Shown here: positions 13,888 through 26,546 of the stretch, one piece after another
Layout: the number at the start of each line of letters is the position of its first letter
How positions within the stretch are numbered: position 1 is the first letter of the stretch
Source of the DNA: Marsupella aquatica
Lineage: Eukaryota; Plantae; Marchantiophyta
Length of the DNA: 64,000 nucleotides
Direction: 5' to 3'
Assembly (NCBI GenBank): GCA_973895155.1
Contig: OZ316892.1
Location: 13,575,270-13,639,269, forward strand
Notes under the pieces: generated by a model
Seen by the model: only the letters and a program-made list of their open reading frames with translations
Told to the model about the DNA's origin: nothing
Database searches by the model: none
Made by a program: the position numbers and the translations under genes

Positions 13888-16800
13888 TGTGGGGAGAAAT
13901 TAGATCAGGAAAAACACTCCAAACATACACGTGCTCAATAGTTACGTGGTTCACCTCAAGGTTGGCTACGTCCACGGGAAAACCAAGCTTTATTAACGAT
14001 TATGTGTCTACTCAAGCATCACCATAGCTCTCATCTCTTCAAGCTCTCATCTCTTGCTATATCACTGTGTTCTCTCTTGAGAACTCTCTTGTGTGTTCTC
14101 ACACCACATAGAAGTTGAAGAGATAAGGACCAACTCTTCAACTAGGGTTTACTCTAACCCTAGTTAACATACTAACCATAGTTCAACCCAAGACTGAGTT
14201 AACCTCTATAAACTCCTCCTTGACTCACGTCTTGGGAGGGTTCATAACATTGTCTTTTCCTTACAAGTCCCTCCGCGGGAAGTTCAAGACAGTAGGGCCA
14301 AAAGACCCTCCCCCTAATGCAAGGGTTAACTAGAACTAAGCCGTAGCCGATAAGCCATCGGATGAAGTACTCATATAGAGACATTTTCTTGGTTAACTCT
14401 ATATTTACAATATTTGTAAATAATTACAATGCCTTGAAAAACTATTGGAGTCTAATACTTTGGTAAAAGCATCCGCTGGATTAAGCTTTCCATCAATCTT
14501 GACAAGCTCAAATTCATCATCCGATAATGCCTGTCGGATGAAATGATAGCGGACATCAATGTGCTTTACCCTGCCATCCATCACCTGATTCTTGGCAGTG
14601 TAAATTGCACTTTGACTGTCACAATGAAGATATACACACTCTTGTGATAAACCCATTTCCGTGACAAGCTTTTTCAACCAAATGGTCTCTGATGCTGCTT
14701 CTACTGCTGCTACATACTCGGCATCCATAGTAGACTTTGCAACACACTTTTGGAGAGTAGACTTCCAACTAATGCATCCACCAGCAAGTGTAAATACATA
14801 TCTAGTTGTCGATCTCCTCTTATCCAGATCACCTGCGTAGTCTACATCCACGTAACCTTGAAGCACTTTCATATTGTTTGAGCTTGCATCAAACAATAAA
14901 CCCTTCTTAGTGGAACCTCTGATGTAGCGCAAAATCCATTTCACTGCTTCCCAATGAACTTTTCCTGGATTTGCCATGTATCTGCTTACCTTGCTAACGG
15001 CATAAGCTATGTCTGGTCGGTGCATACCATGAGATACATTAAACTACCCTCAGCACTTTCATAAGGAACTTTGGACATCAAACTTTATTCTGTCGCATCC
15101 GATGGACAAAATGCTGCAGAAATATTGAAATGCCTTACCAAAGGAACACTCACAGCCTTAGCATCTGCCATGTTGAATTTTGAGAGTACCTTCTCTGCAT
15201 ATCTTTTCTGCATCAGCCAAAGTTTGGCTTTGTTAACATCCCTGACAATCTCCATGCCTAGGATCCTCTTGCTGTGCCCAAATCTTTCATCTTAAACTCA
15301 GAACTGAGTTGGGCCTTAAGCTTATCAACTTTGCCCCTATCCTGTGCTGCAATGAGCATGTCATCCACATAAAGTACAAGGATGACAAGCTTAAAACCTG
15401 TGTTGTTCACACGCCTTATGTAAACACATGGATCGTACACACTTCGCACAAATCCAAACCATTTTAAAAATTCATCAAAACGCTTGTTCCACTGCCTTGG
15501 GCTCTACTTTAATCCATACAAGGATTTTAGCAACCTGCATACCAAATTTTCCTTGCCCTTTTGCACAAAACCCTCTGGTTGCCTCATGTAAATCACCTCA
15601 TCCAACGATCCATATAAGAATGTCGTGACAACATCCATTTGATCTAAAACCAGATCAAATAAAACTACAAGAGCACATAGCAAACGTATTGTTGAATACT
15701 TTGCTACAGGTGAAAAAACCTCATTGTAGTCTATACCTTTTTGTTGAGTAAAACCCTTGGCTACCAACCGAGCCTTAAATATCTTCTCAGCATCCTCCGT
15801 GGGTCCATCTTTCTTCCTATACACCCACTTGCTGTCAACAGCCTGCTTGTCACTAGGTAGACTTGTGAGTTCCCAAGTCTTGTTATCATGAAGTGATTTC
15901 ATTTCCATGCGCATCGCCGCCTGCCACTGTTGCTTCTCCATAGAAGCTAGGACCTCTCGAAATGAGGATGGATCTCCATCTTCTGTCACCAATGCATCAA
16001 TAGATTCTTCATCCAAATCCACTTGATCAGAAGGAAGCCAAGTACCATACCTTTCCCAGGCTTGACGTTTGCGAGTTCCTCTTTGCACTGAAGACTCTGG
16101 CTGATCTGATTATAGTGCGCTTTGCCTTATAGTAGTGTCAACATATTCTTCATTTGACACATCCTCTCCCCTTAAATCCTCTAGAGGAGGAGATTGCTCG
16201 CTGTTAGTAGTAGGGAATTGACCTATCTCTCCCTCCTTCAATGATTTGTCTTCATTGAAGGATACATCCCGACTAACAAGTAACTTGCAATCAACTGGAT
16301 CCCACAATCGATATCCTTTAACGTCACGCTGATAACCAAGAAAAATGCATTTTTGGGCTCTAGGATCTAGCTTAGTCCTATTGTTGCTAGGAACATGTGC
16401 ATATGCTTCACAGACAAAAACCTTAAGCTTTGAATAATCAGCAGGTCGATTGTGCCATAGCTCAAAGGGGGTTTTGTAAGTAATTGCCCGACTAGGAGAG
16501 AGATTTACTAGATAAGCAGCTATGTTGACAGCTTCTGCCCAAAAGATTTGTGGCAATTTAGAGTGGCTCAACATGCTCCTTGCTCGCTCCAACAATGTGC
16601 GGTTGAGTCGCTCAGCAACACCATTTTGCTCAGGAGTGTACACAATTGTGAGATGGTGAGTAATTCCCTTATTTGCACAATACGTGTTGAACTCGCCAGA
16701 GGTGTATTCACCACCATTATCTGATCGTAGATATCTCACATTCTTTGCAATCTGTGTCTCAACTTGAGCTACCATTGTTTGAAGATGGAAAGCACTTCAA

Positions 16801-19800
16801 ACTTATGGGCAATGAAATAAATCCAAACAAACCTTGAGTAATCATCGATAAACGATACATAGTATTGTTTGCCTGAATGTGAGGAAACCGGAGCAGGACC
16901 CCACACATCGGAATGAATATACTCAAGTACAACTTTAGAATGATGAATGGCAGTCGAAAATGGAGTTCTTGTTTTCTTGCCGACAATGCAATGATCACAA
17001 AAACTCAACTTGCATGCTTGCAATCCTGGTAGGAGATGTCACTTGTGTAGGATTTCCAAACTTTTTTCACTCATGTGACCAAGCCAAGCATGCCATAAAT
17101 TGATTTTCTCCTCTTGAGATGTGACCAAATTGACTTCAGCAAGAAGTGTGGTGCCTTCCAAGACATAGATGTTTCTTTTCCTCTTGCCAATAAGAACTTC
17201 AGTTGATCCATGCGTGACTGTTAACACCCCATCAGTTGCACTCCATTGATAACCCTTCGCATCCAAGTAGCCAAGAGAAATCAAATTCTTACACATTTCT
17301 GGAATGTGTCTGACATTTGATAGAGTACAGTACTTGCCACCGGGTAGTTGAATCTTTACGGATCCAATCCCTAAAACTTTGCAAGAATGATTATTTTTCA
17401 TCAAAACAGATCCGTTGATAGGAGTGTAGGATGAGAAAAGTTCACGCATATAGCACATGTGATACGAGCAAGCGGAATCCAAGATCCATTGACAATCCTC
17501 AACTTGGGAAGTGGTACACAATGCAAATCCTTCACTATCCTCTTCTCGAACAACTACTTGGACTGAAGAACTGACAACTTCCTTGAATGTGTCTTTGACG
17601 CGACAATCCTTCTTCATGTGGCCCACTTTGTCACACTTCCAACACTTTATCTCACGAGTAGACTTGGATGGTGATTTGGATCGAGATCTAGACCTGGATC
17701 TAAACCTCCTTCTACCAAAAGATCGGTTGTGGAACCTTCCTCGCTCCATGGGAAGTGGGTTGAACCTTTTATTTTCATGAGATGGCTCCCTTGATTTGCC
17801 TCTTTCTACCAACAGTGCTATTGATGATGAGGTTGAGGTAGGATGAGCTGAAGAAACCAGCTTAGACTGCATGTCATCGGTCAACAGGGCACTCACCACA
17901 TCATTGTAGGATATAGTTGTCTTATCACGGAATAGAAGAACTCGAGACAAAGATTGGTACGAAGGTGGTAGTGAGCTCAAGAGTTGTAAGGCTTTCTTTT
18001 CTTCGCTCAAATGCTCCCCCAAATTCTCTAGGTCAACCACAAGATCATTGAACTGATCGATATGATCTTGAATCTTGACTCCATTAGCCATTTTGAATTG
18101 CATGAGCTTCAGACTTGCATACATTCGGTTTGACATCTCCTTCTTGTAGTACTTGTTGCGCAATGCTTGAAACAAGTCCGTCATCGTTTGTGTTGTTTTT
18201 TCCTCGAACTGCTTCTTCACATTGTTTTTCAGGTACATGCCAACAATACTTACCGCTTGATCCTAGAGATCATGCCAATCATCATCTTCCATCTCCTTGG
18301 GTTGAGATCTTAGTAACTTGCCTAGGCCCATCGCCCTAAGTGCATCCCTCACGTTACGTTCCCATATTGTATAGTCCATCCGACCATCAAATTTTTCCAC
18401 CTCAAACCTTTGACCTCCAATCCTAGTAGTCGCCATCGTTGGAATACCAAATGTAGTGTGGAGTCACCTTTCGACAAGAAATAAACGTCGAATGCTCAGA
18501 TATGGGGTGTGAAAATAAGGCCAAAAATGAAAGTTGGTGAATTTTGAAATTGATCACTCCTACGTGTAGCCCACAAGGTAATGCTCCAAATTCTGAAAAC
18601 GGTTTGTCAAATGGACTCTTGAGTGCCGAGAATTTTTACTCCGACCGGAGGGGGGTAAAAGATGAAATAATTACCCCTCGAGGGAATCTCTTATGCCAAA
18701 GATTCCACTAGTGTACTTTTTCAGAATCGAACGCACCAATACTTGCCTAGCTTCCCCAAGTACGCCTCTCCAAAAGTTGAAGTTGATCCGATTTTATTTG
18801 CCGCTCGGAATCTTTGACCTTCGGTAAAAATTTAAGCCTCTAGAAAAGAATCTTTTCGAGAAATTCCGTCCGCCCTTGTACAGCCCCTGCGGGGGACTTC
18901 ATAGGGGGCACTTCCCCCTGCCCGAGCCCTGTCGAGCCCTAAAAGGCCTCCTCGAAGTTTTCGACCTCCTCGCGCGTCCGCGGAAGTCGCGACTACTCGT
19001 GGTAGACAGTACCCCTCGGCGGATTCACTCAAATTCCTGTCTCAGTTTTTGACGAAATCCAATTCTGATTTCAGATTCATAAACTAGACTTTGAGAGCAT
19101 CAAGATTGATATAAAGAACTCGCAAAACGATGGAGTAATGAGGGAGAAACAATTCGGTGAAAGTGACTAATATTAAGTTATCCGCCATAGCCAAAATTTC
19201 GAGTTCAAAAAACGAGAATTGAAATTAAGATTGCTTCTCAACTGTTTGACGGAATTCAACGATGTTGATATCGAAATGTCTAGAAAGACAAGGCGTTCAA
19301 GCGTATCTCAGTTTCAAGTCCCGATAGAACAATCAAAAAGACTGATCTGAGAAATTGACCTTATCTCTTGCCCGATAACGTAAATTGAAAACCGTCACTT
19401 ACAATTGTTTCCGCTTCTGACCTCAGACCTTCATTGCTTCACTGAAATGAGCCCCTGGTTGTGTGCTCCACACTTGTGAGAAGATTGAGTCCGATCTTCT
19501 TTCAATAGCTCCGCTTCGAAGAGGAAATCATCCGCTGTTCGCTTTGCTTGAAGCAAGTTCTATGGAGTTCCTAATCGACTGAAAAAATCTGAGCTCTAAT
19601 ACCAATTGTGGGGAGAAATCAGATCAGGAAAAACACTCCAAACATACACGTGCTCAATAGTTACGTGGTTCGCCTCAAGGTTGGCTACGTCCACGGGAAG
19701 ACCAAGCTTTATTAATGGTTATGTGTCTACTCAAGCATCACCATAGCTCTCATCTCTTCAAGCTCTCATCTCTTGCTATATCACTGTGTTCTCTCTTGAG

Positions 19801-19929
19801 AACTCTCTTGTATGTTCTCACACCACATAGAAGTTGAAGAGATAAGGACCAACTCTTCAACTAGGGTTTACTCTAACCCTAGTTAACATACTAACCACAG
19901 TTCAATCCAAGACTGAGTTAACCTCTACA
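13888..19929 (-). mobile_element. Ty1/copia LTR retrotransposon B, nested in the integrase of A
   Basis: 323-bp LTRs at 13888-14210 (ends TA) and 19607-19929, TSD ATAGG, PBS gctctaatacca. Removing B restores WDPIACKLIVSRDVSFNE in A. gag-pol 14405-~18436 is broken by stops and frameshifts. Confidence 0.97.
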
Positions 19930-22216
19930 ATAGGATCCCATAGCTTTCACACCACTCTGGTACCCAAGAAAAACACATTTTTTGGATGTAGGATCCAACT
20001 TGGTCCTATTCTGCTTTGGTGTGAGAGCATATGCATCACTTCCAAAAACTACCAAGCCATGATAGTCTGCTTGCCGCTTATAGCGCATCTCAAACGACGT
20101 TTTGAAATTGATAGCACTAGAAGGAGAAAGATTTACCAAATAAGCTGCGGTATTGACAGCTTCTGCCCAAAATTCCTGTGGTAAACTTGATTAGCTCAAC
20201 ATACTCCGTGACCGCTCCAACAGTGTCCGATTGAGCCTCTTAGCGACACCATTTTGCTGTGGAGTATAAACTGTGGTGAGATGGCAAGTTATCCCCTGTT
20301 CTGAACAGTACTCTTCAAATTCCACTGAAGTGTACTCCCCGCCATTGTTTCACCTCAGACTTTTCACCCTTGTATCCAAACACTTGACCGTGTTTCCAGT
20401 CTGATTCTCCACCTGGGCCTTCCAATTCTTAAAAATGGACAAGACATCAAACTTATGCGTCATGAAATAAATTCATATAAATCTTGAGTAATCGTCAATA
20501 AATGATACATAGTACAACTTTCCAGAGTGTGAGGGAGTTGGAGATGGACCCCACACGTCACTATGTATGTACTCAAGAACCGTCTTGGAACGATGTGTTC
20601 CAACACCGAAAGCACGACGATACTGCTTTCCAAGAATGCAATGCTTACAGAACTCTAATTTACTAGATTGCAAATTAGAAATGAGTCCATTCTTCCGTAA
20701 GATAGCCAAACCCTTCTCACTCATGTGGCCTAGCCGTGAATGCCACAGATGAGTCATCTCCTTGTGAGACTTGGTTACATTGGCCTTTCCACATACAGTA
20801 TTGTCCTGCAACACATACAAATTCTTCTGTCTGCTCCCCTTCAAGATCATTGTCTCTCCCGACCTAACTTGAAGTTCACCATCAATAACGCTCCATTGAT
20901 GACCATTTGAATCCAACACACCCAGTGAAATCAGATTCTTACGCATGCCAGGTACATACCTGACTCCGGACACTGTGCGCACAGTGCCATCAAACATTTG
21001 AATCTTCACAGACCCAATACCCTCAATTTGACAGGAGTGATCATTTCCCATCAGAACTGAACCGTTTGAAATAGAGTAAGAACTGAAAAACTCTCAAATG
21101 TAACAAATGTGAAAAGAGCAAGCACAGTCAAGAATCCACACATCATCTGCTCTCCTAGATGACATGCACAAGGCATACCCCTGGCTTCATAATACATACT
21201 CATCATTGAGTAAATTAGCATCTCCATTAGCCCTAGCCACATTTGCCGATGAAGATTCAACTGCCTTTCCCTTACAGTCTCACTTGAAGTGTCCAACCTG
21301 GTTGCACTTCCAACATGTCACCTGCCTTCTCTGAGGGGATTTGCCTCTGGATTTAGATCTAAACTGGGTTCTATGCTCCCCAGTTGGTCGTTGCATACTC
21401 CTCCCACGGTTAACAGTGAGGGCAGCACCAGAGGGATGAAGGTTGTGACGTGATGTGCATCTTCTGCTGAAGATCATCACTAAGCAGAGAACTTACCACG
21501 TCATTGTATGAAATGGTATCCCTATCACGATGCAACAACACCCGTGATAGGGATTGGTAAGATGGAGGCAATGAACTGAGAAGCTGTAGAGCCTTCGTCT
21601 CATCATTCAAAGTCTCCCCAAGGTTTTCCAAGTCAACGACTATCTCGTTGAAAGCATCCACATGGTCCTGCAACTTCGTACCGGATTCCTTCATCTTGAA
21701 ACTCATCAGTTTGTATGAAGTATAGAGCCAGTTCGACAACTCCTTGCAGTGATACTTGCTCTACAATTCCGCAAATAAGGACATGCAGTCCTTATGTGCA
21801 CCCAACTGCTTGATGATGGGAGGCATGAGATAGAGTGTAACACACCACGCTCCCTGCTCCTGCATGCGGTCTCATTGTCTCTCATCAACATCGTCTTCAC
21901 GAGGGCACAACAATTGGCCCATCCCTGACGCATAGAGCACTCCCTTCACCTGCTTCTCCCAGAGCAAGTAGTCAGAGCACCCATCATACTTTGTCACTTC
22001 ATACTTGGGTCCCCCAAGCTTGAACGTACCCATCTTCTTCTTTGGCACTACCTTGAGCTCCGGTAGTAGAACAGCTTCCTCCACCACTCGTCGCACCGGT
22101 GATGGTACCGGTGTCACATGCTCTTCCTCCTGCTCCTCTCTCTCCATCACAAACCGCCACGGTGATCCTCGTGCTTCAAGTTCCACGTCTTCAAAAATCT
22201 CCTCTAAATCACTCAT
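19930..22216 (-). pseudogene. Element A gag, protease and integrase, disrupted
   Basis: KYDG..DYLLWEKQV, CWKCNQVGH zinc knuckle, WILDCAC protease, LWHSRLGH..CKHC and HSDVWGP integrase motifs. Confidence 0.93.
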
Positions 22217-24129
22217 ATGAGAAAATCACGAAAAAATGACATTTTTCACAACTTCTCAAAAAACTCAAAACTAATCATCGCGGCGTAGCCCACGAGGCTA
22301 GGAGTCCACGAGGCTCCCCCTGGTCACTCCGGGCCGCCCTTGGAGCGAGGCGCCCTCGGGTCGCTCTTGGAGTGAGGCTCCCTCGGGTCACTCCGGGTCT
22401 CCCTAGAAACCCTGTTGCTACGAAAATCCCGCCGCAATTCCCGGACAAAGTTACTGTTCACTAGCTTTGTCATTTTCCTTGTGCCCTAGGTCGCCGCCGC
22501 ACCTCACCTCTCCGCGATGCACTAAATTGCCGTAGGAAACACAATTTGCCAACATCCAACGTTGCTTGCTGCCGCCAATTCCACGAGTAAAAATGATGAC
22601 CGCCGACGGGGAAATGTTGTTGAATTGCACAGGCACAATCTGCAAGCTCAGCAGAGAAAAAATCTTTCGTCGTGTCACACTCACTCCGCGTCAAGTGCCA
22701 ATCCCGGACTCAAAATGACCGTCTTGACGCGATCAAAACATTGAGCCATAGCACTTTGCATTTCTTCCTCCAAGATGGATGTGACGACGAGTAACCCGGT
22801 TCAGATGAGAACAAGCTCCATAGTCTGTGAAAAAATCTGAACGTCTCCTTCACTCGTCATGACGCACTCGGTAACCATTTGACAGCAACTCAACTACCAA
22901 AATGAACAGCTCGCTTTAACCTCCAACATGAGCTATAACATGCGATGCCTCCCGCACCGCACAACTCAAACCGTTGAAAAAATGATCTCTGGTTTCTCCC
23001 CCGAAATATCGTCGAACACGAAAAAACTCCAGATCGACGCAAACTTTGATTCCTCCGCACCACGGATACCGATCAGCGAGTTCTAATCACCGTTAGAAAG
23101 CCCTCTCACTATTCTATCCGTTCAGCCACACACATTCAAGTTTCATGCGACGAAACTCTGAATGTAACACCGACAATGAACGCTAGAAAACCGTCACAAA
23201 AAAGACCTCGTCACCTCCCAGGCATGCTCTGATACCAATTGTTGAGCATCGACAACAATCGCAATGGCAAGCCCATGAACCATCCAACGCACAAAAGTCG
23301 ACACAGAGAGATACGTGGTTCACCTCCACATGAGGCTACGTCCACGGGAACACACAAGAGCTTTACTGCACTCTAGGCCGACCGGCCATATCAAGCATCC
23401 ACAGCACAAGCTCTCTCTATCTCTCAACTAGCTCCGTAAGAATGAGCCTGAGTTCCACCTCTCCAAGCAAACACCACTTGGTTACAGAGTGTGCATAGCA
23501 TGACTAACCTAACCAAGTCTGCAACTAAGGTTAGCCTTAACTACGGTACAGTCGTAACTCTAGACCTAAGAGTAAATCCTAACAGACTACCCTTGGGTCA
23601 ACTGACTGAGAAGTAGGTTGGCTGGCCTCCTTACCATTCTCCTATGTATAGCCTCTGTGCAGGCAAACGGCTTCTCCGCGTCCAGAGAATCAGAGGCCGT
23701 GCTTGATGGTGGTCAAAGTCACCTTCAGGTACACTGGAACAGTATTATCATGACTCCGGATGCAATGACAACCATTGGATGTAAAGGAGATGACCTGAGC
23801 TAATTTTCTTAACCCATGAATGAAAACAATGACATGATTGTGATAAATAGGAGAAAAATCAATAACTGTTAAGATACATGCTAGTTTACTTGACTATAAG
23901 TTAACCTAACCATGATTAGGACCATATAACTCTTGTTCCTAACACCTATTAATACCAACCACACAGGAGAAGACATTGACAGTTGGAGATTTAATGTGGC
24001 ATCCTCTCGATTCTCATGGCAATGCCTTCCACATCTTCGAACAATAACAAGGTAAGTTTGCCACAAAAGAGTGGTAATCCAGAGACCCGGTACTTATTTA
24101 TGTGACAAGCTATTTTGTTATTATTTTAG

Positions 24130-24500
24130 ACTACCATCTTCCCCCGAACATAGCGCCCGGGCCTTGTGTTTAAAAATGGTTTTTTTGAGGTCTCCATATA
24201 TTAAAAAAGTATTTTTTCTTCAATACACAACGCCGTTTTAACTCAGCGCCCTCTGTTCAAAATTTGACCCTAAACTGTTCTACATTGAGCAAAAACACTA
24301 AAAAATTCAAGAATCATATGTCAATGTCAATATTCAAACACAACGCTTATTTTCAAACACAATGCCCTGTAAATATAAAAAATGAAAACACAAAGTCAAA
24401 ACTCAAATACAATGCCCTTGGCACACTATTCGAATAAAGCCTCCCATGGCCCACTATTTGAATACAAGGCCATGGCATTGTGTTTGGGGAAGGCCATAGT
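24130..24500. mobile_element. Degenerate MITE-like element
   Basis: Imperfect ~45-bp inverted ends (actaccatcttcccccgaaca..gccttgtgtttaaa versus ttgaatacaaggcc..tgtttggggaaggccatagt) and a recurring internal acacaa(c/t)gcc motif. Confidence 0.4.
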
Positions 24501-25082
24501 ACTAGTATGAAAGCAAGAGTTTTACTTATAAATTATAAATGTTGCTTATTATTAGGGAGTGTCAAAGTACAGCCATAAGAAAAGTCTTATTGCTGAGAAC
24601 TTTTGGGACATAAGATTCTTATAGAGTGTGTATTTAGGTTGCCAGTAAAGAGTTATGTCCTGGCCATAAAAGTGTTTATGTCCTTGCCCATACCTCCTTT
24701 ATGGAGCTGTTTTGACATGCCCTATTGTGTTATCATTTCCACCCCTACCTGCAGCTGTCCCCCATAATCAGAGTTCACAGGTTTCACTCTAGACCGGCCC
24801 CACCCTCGCTTAGACTTGTGCCCTCATTAGTCAGAGTTCACAAGCTTCATTCTAGATCATAGGCCCTTATCTTAGTTTTCAATATTGCACTTTATTTGTT
24901 TTCCTTAGGGCTCTTTATAGATTACTTTTCGATAGCAGGCTTTATTAGATAGATTCGGCTTTAGTAGAGTCGTTGTTTCTTTCTCAAAGATATATATCAC
25001 ATTGCAAAAGAAAGAACAAGAGTCACCGAAACTGAAGCATGGTCCCACAGGCAAAAGGTTAGTAGAGTTTTTGTTTCTTTCT

Positions 25083-25086
<4 letters not shown>

Positions 25087-25119
<33 letters not shown>
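25087..25119. repeat. (TA)n microsatellite inside a local duplication
   Basis: TA run, with duplicated tttctttctcaaa and ggtcccacaggcaaaagg nearby. Confidence 0.9.
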
Positions 25120-25123
<4 letters not shown>

Positions 25124-26546
25124 GTCCCACAGGCAAAAGGCCCAGTGAAGCGGAGGCCAGCAAGAAACCAACAAAGGAAAAAGGACGAGCAATAAAGATG
25201 AGCTGATTCGGGGAACAAAGGGTCAAGGGGAGCAAACGGGTCACGAGTGAGGATATTATTATCACTGGTCTGTCGAGGCCCGATTGTTTCCAGTACCGAC
25301 CGTCGGCTGCTGCACACGTGACACGACAAGATTATCACCTTGCCACCTACTGGGCACTCAGTTGAACTCCTATCTATTGCTCACATAAAGCATACCTTTC
25401 AGATTTTCATCGCCCAAGCATCGCGACATTCTCTTCCAATGATCTAAGCTACTGTACTGTGGTCACGAGCATCATTCTTCAGTCGTGGGTACGAGTGTGG
25501 ACGAGGCTACTTCTACTGACTGTCAGAGAAAGAAATCAGGTGTGAAAAGCGTAAATTTGGATTCTCCTCACTGAGTGTTCATTTCTTCGTGTTTGAATTC
25601 GTTGGCAATCCCATCAGTTCAGGAAAGTGTGTCTCTCTCAATTGCGGTACTGCACTCTCCTAGTGGCATTTTGTGAATGATTGTTTGGGCAATGTTTTAC
25701 GGGGCCCTAGAACTCCTGACGGTTTGAATTGCGCAGCTCGCTACTGTATAGTGCGGCTCAATTCCGCTAGAGCAGTGATAGATTACTCCCGCAATTAATT
25801 CGTCTATTGCTCACCTTTTCTTTCAAATTGCACCCATTGATATTGAAATAGGTTTCATCGAGAAACGTTACCCCGCAGGCTAACCTTCAGTATGTTCGCC
25901 AGGGTTCGTAGCTCCTTTCGTATTCTAGAGAGCAAGTCCTGCAACCCGGACATACGTTTAGTGTTTCTGTGGATGTGTTGAGAATAGACTGTATTTAGAA
26001 ACACGAAAGGCAGTCGGCGGGAAAGGAGTTGTCTCGAGTTGAGTCCATCCCGTAGGCAGAAACGGTGTCATGCCGAAGTTTCTGCTGCAAATTTCCGAAA
26101 TTCTGAAGACTATTTGTGTTAGTGAGTTAGCTGTGTATTGTAGCAAGTATGCTCGTATTTCGTAAAATGGAAATGTTCCTCTCCTCAGGTCAGCTTGCAC
26201 CTGTAGGTTCTGGATTACTAACTACTGTGTATCCCTGTCTGCGTTGTCCGTAAATGAAGTCTTTTTAATGGGTAAGTCAAAAGACTCAGCTGATGTTCAA
26301 TGCTCGCCGTCCAAACTGTACAATGTTTTAGTTTCCAGTTCTTTGCAGTGCAGGAAGGAAGGTCTGCCTAAGGGGAGCTCTGCGCTGAATGGTGGGCATG
26401 CACTTGACAAATTGACAAGTGAGGTCAAAAGATTCCTCGGTGGAGATTGTTCTGTTCGCTGGGTGGGATCTACATAAACTGCAATATCATTTCCGCCCGC
26501 GGACGTCTCAAGTGCCTGTAACTAATTATTTGAAGGGTTGGGTCCA

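Larger units (their letters stand above)
11329..23584 (-). mobile_element. Ty1/copia LTR retrotransposon A, full length and decayed, host of nested element B
   Basis: TG..CA LTRs at 11329-11686 and 23240-23584, 5-bp TSD GACTA on both sides, tRNA-iMet PBS (gctctgatacca, 23226-23237), PPT next to 11687, gag-PR-INT-RT-RH order with stops and frameshifts. Confidence 0.97.
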
